The notes below the pieces were generated by a model. That model saw only the letters and a list, made by a program, of their open reading frames with translations, was not told the DNA's origin and made no database searches. Both the position numbers and the translations under genes were made by a program. Of a stretch of DNA of 64,000 bases, positions 59,309 through 64,000 are shown in pieces (position 1 is the first letter of the stretch; each line of letters starts with the position of its first letter). The stretch comes from an uncultured Actinomycetota bacterium (GTDB lineage: Bacteria > Actinomycetota > Actinomycetes > Mycobacteriales > Mycobacteriaceae): assembly GCA_963818785.1 (NCBI GenBank), contig CAWFTT010000009.1:104469-168468 (forward strand). The letters are read 5' to 3'.

Positions 59309-60729
59309 ACTACCTGGTCACAGTCCTCTACATCATCTCGTTCGGGCTGTTCATCTACGGTCTGATGGGCCTGACCGGGCCCAAGACAGCGGTGCGGGGC
59401 AACTTGATCGCCGCCGTCGGCATGGTCATCGCGGTGGTCGCCACCTTGATCTCGATCCGGCACACCAGTCAGTGGCCGCTCATCATCGCCGGCCTGGTGG
59501 TCGGCGTGGTGCTCGGCGTGCCGCCGGCCCGGCTGACCAAAATGACGGCGATGCCGCAACTCGTGGCGTTCTTCAACGGCGTGGGCGGCGGCACGGTCGC
59601 GCTGATTGCCCTGTCGGAGTTCATCGAGACCACCGGCTTCTCCGCCTTCCGGCATGGCGAGTCGCCGACCGCGCACATCGTGGTGGCCTCGCTATTCGCC
59701 GCGATCATTGGATCTATCTCGTTCTGGGGATCCATCATCGCGTTCGGCAAGCTGCAGGAAATCATCTCCGGGTCGCCGATCGGCTTCGGCCGGGTTCAGC
59801 AGCCGGTCAACCTGCTGCTGCTGACCGCAGCCGTCACCGCTGCGGTGGTCATCGGCCTGCATGCACATCCCGGCAGCGGCGGCGCGTCGCTGTGGTGGAT
59901 GGTGGGTCTGCTGGCTGCGGCAGGGGTGCTTGGCCTGATGGTGGTGTTGCCCATCGGCGGCGCCGACATGCCGGTGGTCATCTCCTTGCTCAACGCCATG
60001 ACCGGATTGTCGGCCGCCGCGGCGGGCCTTGCGCTCAACAACACCGCGATGATCGTGGCCGGCATGATCGTCGGCGCCTCTGGTTCGATCCTGACCAACT
60101 TGATGGCCAAAGCGATGAACCGCTCCATTCCCGCGATCGTGGCCGGCGGCTTCGGCGGCAGCGGGGTGGTGGTGGGCGGCGGCGACAGCGGCGACAAGGT
60201 CGTGAGGTCCACCTCGGCTGCCGATGCGGCGATCCAAATGGCCTACGCCAACCAGGTGATCGTGGTGCCCGGCTACGGCCTGGCCGTCGCGCAGGCCCAG
60301 CACGCGGTCAAGGACATGGCCGCCCTGCTGGAGAACCGCGGTGTGCAGGTCAAGTACGCGATTCACCCGGTCGCCGGCCGGATGCCCGGTCACATGAACG
60401 TGCTGCTGGCCGAAGCCGAAGTCGACTACGACGCGATGAAGGACATGGACGACATCAACGACGAGTTCGGGCGTACCGACGTCACGCTGGTGATCGGCGC
60501 CAACGACGTCACCAACCCGGCCGCCCGCAATGAAACGTCGAGCCCGATTTACGGGATGCCGATCCTGAACGTGGACAAGTCCAAGTCGGTGATCGTACTC
60601 AAGAGGTCGATGAACTCAGGTTTCGCCGGGATCGACAATCCGCTGTTCTACGCCGACGGCACCACCATGCTGTTCGGCGACGCCAAGAAGTCGGTGTCTG
60701 CGGTGACCGAGGAACTCAAAGCCCTATAA
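59305..60729 (+). CDS. pntB: NAD(P) transhydrogenase beta subunit
   Basis: MPQLVA.FNGVGG, GGADMPVV, PGYG, HPVAGRMPGHMN, GANDVTNP. Confidence 0.95.
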   Translation: MNYLVTVLYIISFGLFIYGLMGLTGPKTAVRGNLIAAVGMVIAVVATLISIRHTSQWPLIIAGLVVGVVLGVPPARLTKMTAMPQLVAFFNGVGGGTVALIALSEFIETTGFSAFRHGESPTAHIVVASLFAAIIGSISFWGSIIAFGKLQEIISGSPIGFGRVQQPVNLLLLTAAVTAAVVIGLHAHPGSGGASLWWMVGLLAAAGVLGLMVVLPIGGADMPVVISLLNAMTGLSAAAAGLALNNTAMIVAGMIVGASGSILTNLMAKAMNRSIPAIVAGGFGGSGVVVGGGDSGDKVVRSTSAADAAIQMAYANQVIVVPGYGLAVAQAQHAVKDMAALLENRGVQVKYAIHPVAGRMPGHMNVLLAEAEVDYDAMKDMDDINDEFGRTDVTLVIGANDVTNPAARNETSSPIYGMPILNVDKSKSVIVLKRSMNSGFAGIDNPLFYADGTTMLFGDAKKSVSAVTEELKAL

Positions 60730-60803
60730 CGGGTGCGCCCAGCCGACGGAAAGTCGCCTGACCCTCGCCGCAAGACTAGGGATTTTGCGTCTGCTTGCGG
60801 TTC

Positions 60804-60929
60804 TTAGACGGGTGGGTAGGCCGGCGGCGGGTAGCCATTGCCATCTTCGACGCCGCGCAAGCCCCAGAGCGAGTAGCGCAGGAAGAACTCGATCTCGTCG
60901 GACATGTCGTAGCTCGGGTTCGGATCCAT
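60804..60929 (-). CDS. 41-aa protein, Rv0157A-like (MDPNPSYDMSDEIEFFLRYSLWGLRGVEDGNGYPPPAYPPV)
   Basis: Manual translation (below the ORF-track cutoff); GAGGTG SD; TAA at 60804-06; resembles recalled Rv0157A in the same position. Confidence 0.75.
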   Translation of the reverse strand: MDPNPSYDMSDEIEFFLRYSLWGLRGVEDGNGYPPPAYPPV

Positions 60930-61025
60930 CTGTGCCCACCTCACATCTCGTCGTCTGGCGACCTGCTTGCCAGCAGTCTAGTCCCATCCGTCCGCGGCGC
61001 GTCAGGAAAAAACTCGTTGCCATAG

Positions 61026-61039
61026 ACTGGCCAACCAGT
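61026..61039. promoter_or_regulatory. Palindrome ACTGG-CCAA-CCAGT upstream of the TetR gene (putative operator)
   Basis: Seen in sequence between divergent genes. Confidence 0.45.
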
Positions 61040-61057
61040 TGATTGAGACGAGGTGAC

Positions 61058-61723
61058 ATGGCAGTGGAGGCCGGCACGCCCAACGGGCTCAGCCGACGCG
61101 AGGAGCTGTTGGTCGTGGCGACCAAGCTCTTCGCCGCGCGTGGCTACCACGGCACCCGGATGGACGACGTCGCCGACGTCATCGGGCTGAACAAGGCGAC
61201 CGTATACCACTACTACGCCAGCAAGTCGTTGATCCTCTACGACATCTATCAACAGGCAGCCGAGCGCACGCTGGCCGCTGTGCACGACGATCCGTCGATG
61301 TCTGCCCGTGAGGCGCTCTACCAGTACACCGTGCGGCTGCTCAACCAGATCGCGGCCAATCCCGAGGGTGCCGCGGTGTACTTCCAGGAGCAGCCCTACA
61401 TCACCGAGTGGTTCACCGAGGAACAGGTCGCCGCGGTCCGGGAGAAGGAGACGCAGGTCTACGAGCACGTGCACGGCCTGATCGATCGCGGCATCGCCAG
61501 CGGGGAGTTTTACCAATGTGACTCCCATGTGCTGGCTCTCGGCTATATCGGCATGACGCTTGGTGCCTACCGGTGGCTACGGCCAAGCGGCCGCCGCAGC
61601 GCCAAGGAGATCGCCGCTGAATTCAGCACCGCCTTGCTGCGCGGACTGATCCGCAATGAGTCGATTCGGGTGAAATGCCCGTTGGGCGTGAACTCCGCGT
61701 CGGGTGTCGACTTGCCGGGCTGA
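61058..61723 (+). CDS. TetR regulator (Rv0158-like)
   Basis: GYHGTRMDDVA..IGLNKATVYHYY. Confidence 0.9.
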   Translation: MAVEAGTPNGLSRREELLVVATKLFAARGYHGTRMDDVADVIGLNKATVYHYYASKSLILYDIYQQAAERTLAAVHDDPSMSAREALYQYTVRLLNQIAANPEGAAVYFQEQPYITEWFTEEQVAAVREKETQVYEHVHGLIDRGIASGEFYQCDSHVLALGYIGMTLGAYRWLRPSGRRSAKEIAAEFSTALLRGLIRNESIRVKCPLGVNSASGVDLPG

Positions 61724-61763
61724 CGAGCCGATCGAGGCGCAACGAGTCGACGCTCGAGAACGA

Positions 61764-62651
61764 TCAAAGGTGATTCTTCAAGAACTGCAGCTGATCGGTG
61801 ACGACGCGCTCGAACGCGTCACCGACGTAGATATCGAAATGCCCTACAGGGTAGAGCTTCACCTCCCCGTGCGGCGCTTTGGCGGCGTGGCGGCAGGTCG
61901 CCGCCGCGGGCGCGACCGAGTCGGTCTGGGACACGCAGAACAGGATTGGGCACGGAACCTTCGCGGCGAGCCGGCCCGGACGGTAGGTGAAAACCTTCAA
62001 CCCGAAGCGGGCGGCGACCTCATTGATCAGCGCCTTACCGTGCGGAACCAGCCTTGTGTAACCGCGATAAACGTCGGGCGCGTTCATCAGCGCCACCTCG
62101 TGCGGATGGCCGGCGACCGCCACCATCACCGGTGGCTTGCCCAGCCGCGCCGCGAGCTGGTCGCGCAGCGCCAGAGCTGTCAGGCGTGCTGTGATCAACG
62201 GAGTCAGTGTCCGGGCCGACGCCATGCCGTCGGTGAAGGGGCATTGCGCGATGACAGCCGTGATGCCGGGTAGCCGTGCCGCGGTGGCGATCACATGGCC
62301 GCCGCCAAAAGAAGTACCCCACAATCCAATTCGTCTGACGTCGATATGCGGCAAGGTGCGTGCGTACGCCACGGCGGCGGTCCAGTCCTGCAGCTGCATT
62401 CGAACGTCCACCAGTTGGCGGGGGTGGCCGCCGCTGTCGCCGAAGTTGCGGTAGTCGAACACCAGACAGGCGTAACCGGCCGCGCTGAACCGCTCGGCGT
62501 AGGCGTCCAGCCGCATGGTTCGCACCGCACCGAGGCCATGCGCCATCACCAGCAGCGGAGGACTGCTGATTCCGTCGGGCCGGTACAGCCAGGCACTGAT
62601 CTGATCGTGACCGGAGTTGAACCGCACATCCTCGCGATTCACAGATCCCAT
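61764..62651 (-). CDS. Alpha/beta hydrolase (CocE/NonD-like)
   Basis: MAHGLG, FDYRNFGDS, GTSFGGG nucleophile motif, GHFDIY. Confidence 0.85.
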   Translation of the reverse strand: MGSVNREDVRFNSGHDQISAWLYRPDGISSPPLLVMAHGLGAVRTMRLDAYAERFSAAGYACLVFDYRNFGDSGGHPRQLVDVRMQLQDWTAAVAYARTLPHIDVRRIGLWGTSFGGGHVIATAARLPGITAVIAQCPFTDGMASARTLTPLITARLTALALRDQLAARLGKPPVMVAVAGHPHEVALMNAPDVYRGYTRLVPHGKALINEVAARFGLKVFTYRPGRLAAKVPCPILFCVSQTDSVAPAAATCRHAAKAPHGEVKLYPVGHFDIYVGDAFERVVTDQLQFLKNHL

Positions 62652-62731
62652 CAACGCGCTCCCGGGAAGGTGTGTGCCGGCAAACTGTAGGCAGAGTGTA
62701 GGACCACCACCTCGGCGCCTACGGTAAAGCG

Positions 62732-64000
62732 ATGAAGTCCACCTTGCTGTCGCGCCGCGACCTCGATTTCCTGCTGTTCGAATGGCTGCGGGTCGAGGAG
62801 CTGACGAAACGGGCACGGTTCGCCGATCATTCCCGCGAAACCTTCTCCGACGTCCTTGACCTGTGCGAGCAGGTGGCGACGCGATACTTCGCCCCGCACA
62901 ACAAGAAAAGCGACGCCCAGGAGCCGACCTTCGACGGGTCGAAGGTCACCGTCATCCCCGAAGTGAAGCAGGCGCTGCAGGCGTTCGCCGAGGCCGACCT
63001 GATCAGCATGGCGATGGACGCCGAACTCGGCGGGGCCCAGCTGCCGGTGACCATCGCTCAGGCAGGATTCGCGTGGCTCTCGGCCGCCAACGTCAGCACC
63101 GCCGGCTACGCCATGCTGACGATGGCCAACGCCAACCTGATCGCCAAGTTCGGCACCGAAGAACAGATCGACACCTATGTAAGACCGATGCTGGCCGGCC
63201 GGTTCCTCGGGACGATGTGCCTGTCCGAAACCCAGGCCGGGTCGTCGCTCGCCGACATCACCACCCGTGCCGAGCCCCACGACAGCGGTCAGTTTCCAGG
63301 CAGCTACCGGCTGTTCGGGTCGAAGATGTGGATTTCCGGCGGCGATCACGAGCTCAGCGACACCATCGTGCACCTGGTGCTGGCCAAGATCGCCGGCGCT
63401 CCGCTCGGCACGAAAGGTATTTCGCTGTTCATCGTGCCCAAGCACCTCGTCGACCTGAAAGGCTCGGTCGGCGCAACAGTCGGAGAACGCAACGACGTTG
63501 TGCTGGCGGGGCTCAACCACAAGATGGGCTACCGCGGTATCACCAACACCGTCCTCAACTTCGGCGAAGGCGCCTTCCACCCCGGCGGTGAGCCGGGAGC
63601 CGTCGGGTATCTGGTCGGCGAGCCGCACCGTGGGATCGCCTACATGTTCCACATGATGAACGAAGCCCGACTTGGCGTCGGCATGGGCGCCATCGCGTTG
63701 GGCTACACCGGCTATCTCAAATCGCTGCGCTACGCCGGGGAACGACCGCAGGGACGTCCGGTGGCGACCAAAGACCCAGCTGCGCCGCAAATTCCGATCA
63801 TCGAGCACGCAGACGTCAAGCGAATGCTGTTAGCACAGAAGTCCTACGTGGAAGGCGCCATGGCGCTGGCGTTGTACTGCGCCAGGCTCGTCGACATCCA
63901 GCACAGTCCGGAATCCGACGAGGAGCACGACCGTGCGACGCTGCTGCTCGACATTCTGACGCCAGTCGCCAAGAGCTGGCCGTCCCAATGGTGTCTGGAG
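62732..64000 (+). CDS. Acyl-CoA dehydrogenase (runs off the window)
   Basis: MKSTLLSRRDLDFLLFEW, GTMCLSE.QAGS, GSKMWISG, MFHMMNEAR.GVG; TACGGT -10 box 6 nt before the ATG. Confidence 0.9.
   Translation, partial: MKSTLLSRRDLDFLLFEWLRVEELTKRARFADHSRETFSDVLDLCEQVATRYFAPHNKKSDAQEPTFDGSKVTVIPEVKQALQAFAEADLISMAMDAELGGAQLPVTIAQAGFAWLSAANVSTAGYAMLTMANANLIAKFGTEEQIDTYVRPMLAGRFLGTMCLSETQAGSSLADITTRAEPHDSGQFPGSYRLFGSKMWISGGDHELSDTIVHLVLAKIAGAPLGTKGISLFIVPKHLVDLKGSVGATVGERNDVVLAGLNHKMGYRGITNTVLNFGEGAFHPGGEPGAVGYLVGEPHRGIAYMFHMMNEARLGVGMGAIALGYTGYLKSLRYAGERPQGRPVATKDPAAPQIPIIEHADVKRMLLAQKSYVEGAMALALYCARLVDIQHSPESDEEHDRATLLLDILTPVAKSWPSQWCLE

Overview
High-GC mycobacterial chromosome segment. From my recollection of M. 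tuberculosis H37Rv, the gene order follows Rv0107c-Rv0158: ctpI, rhomboid, acyltransferase, ldtA, fusA2, pepA, treS-mak, fbpC, htdZ, fadE1, cyp138, msrA, ClC channel, SAM methyltransferases, PE-PPE-domain genes, ptpB, fadE2, pntAa-Ab-B, TetR. Accessory blocks interrupt this backbone: a partly decayed CoA-ligase/SDR/ALDH-remnant/AcuI block, an M-box riboswitch followed by a Pro-rich uORF and an NrmT-type transporter, a MarR-ABC exporter, a TetR-reductase-desaturase unit, dps, pirin, and a full-length but divergent leuS with a DUF1348 gene between fadE2 and pntAa. Best leads: (1) the leuS paralogue with an EHA->EQA change in the leucine pocket and a remodelled editing domain; (2) possible two-layer control of the Mg2+ transporter; (3) two genes whose conserved N-termini begin at ACG or ATA; (4) two signal-peptide-bearing PE-PPE hydrolase genes broken by five -1 frameshifts; (5) six SigF-type promoters. 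I saw no tRNA, rRNA, CRISPR array or transposase. All homology calls are by eye and from memory; no searches were run.
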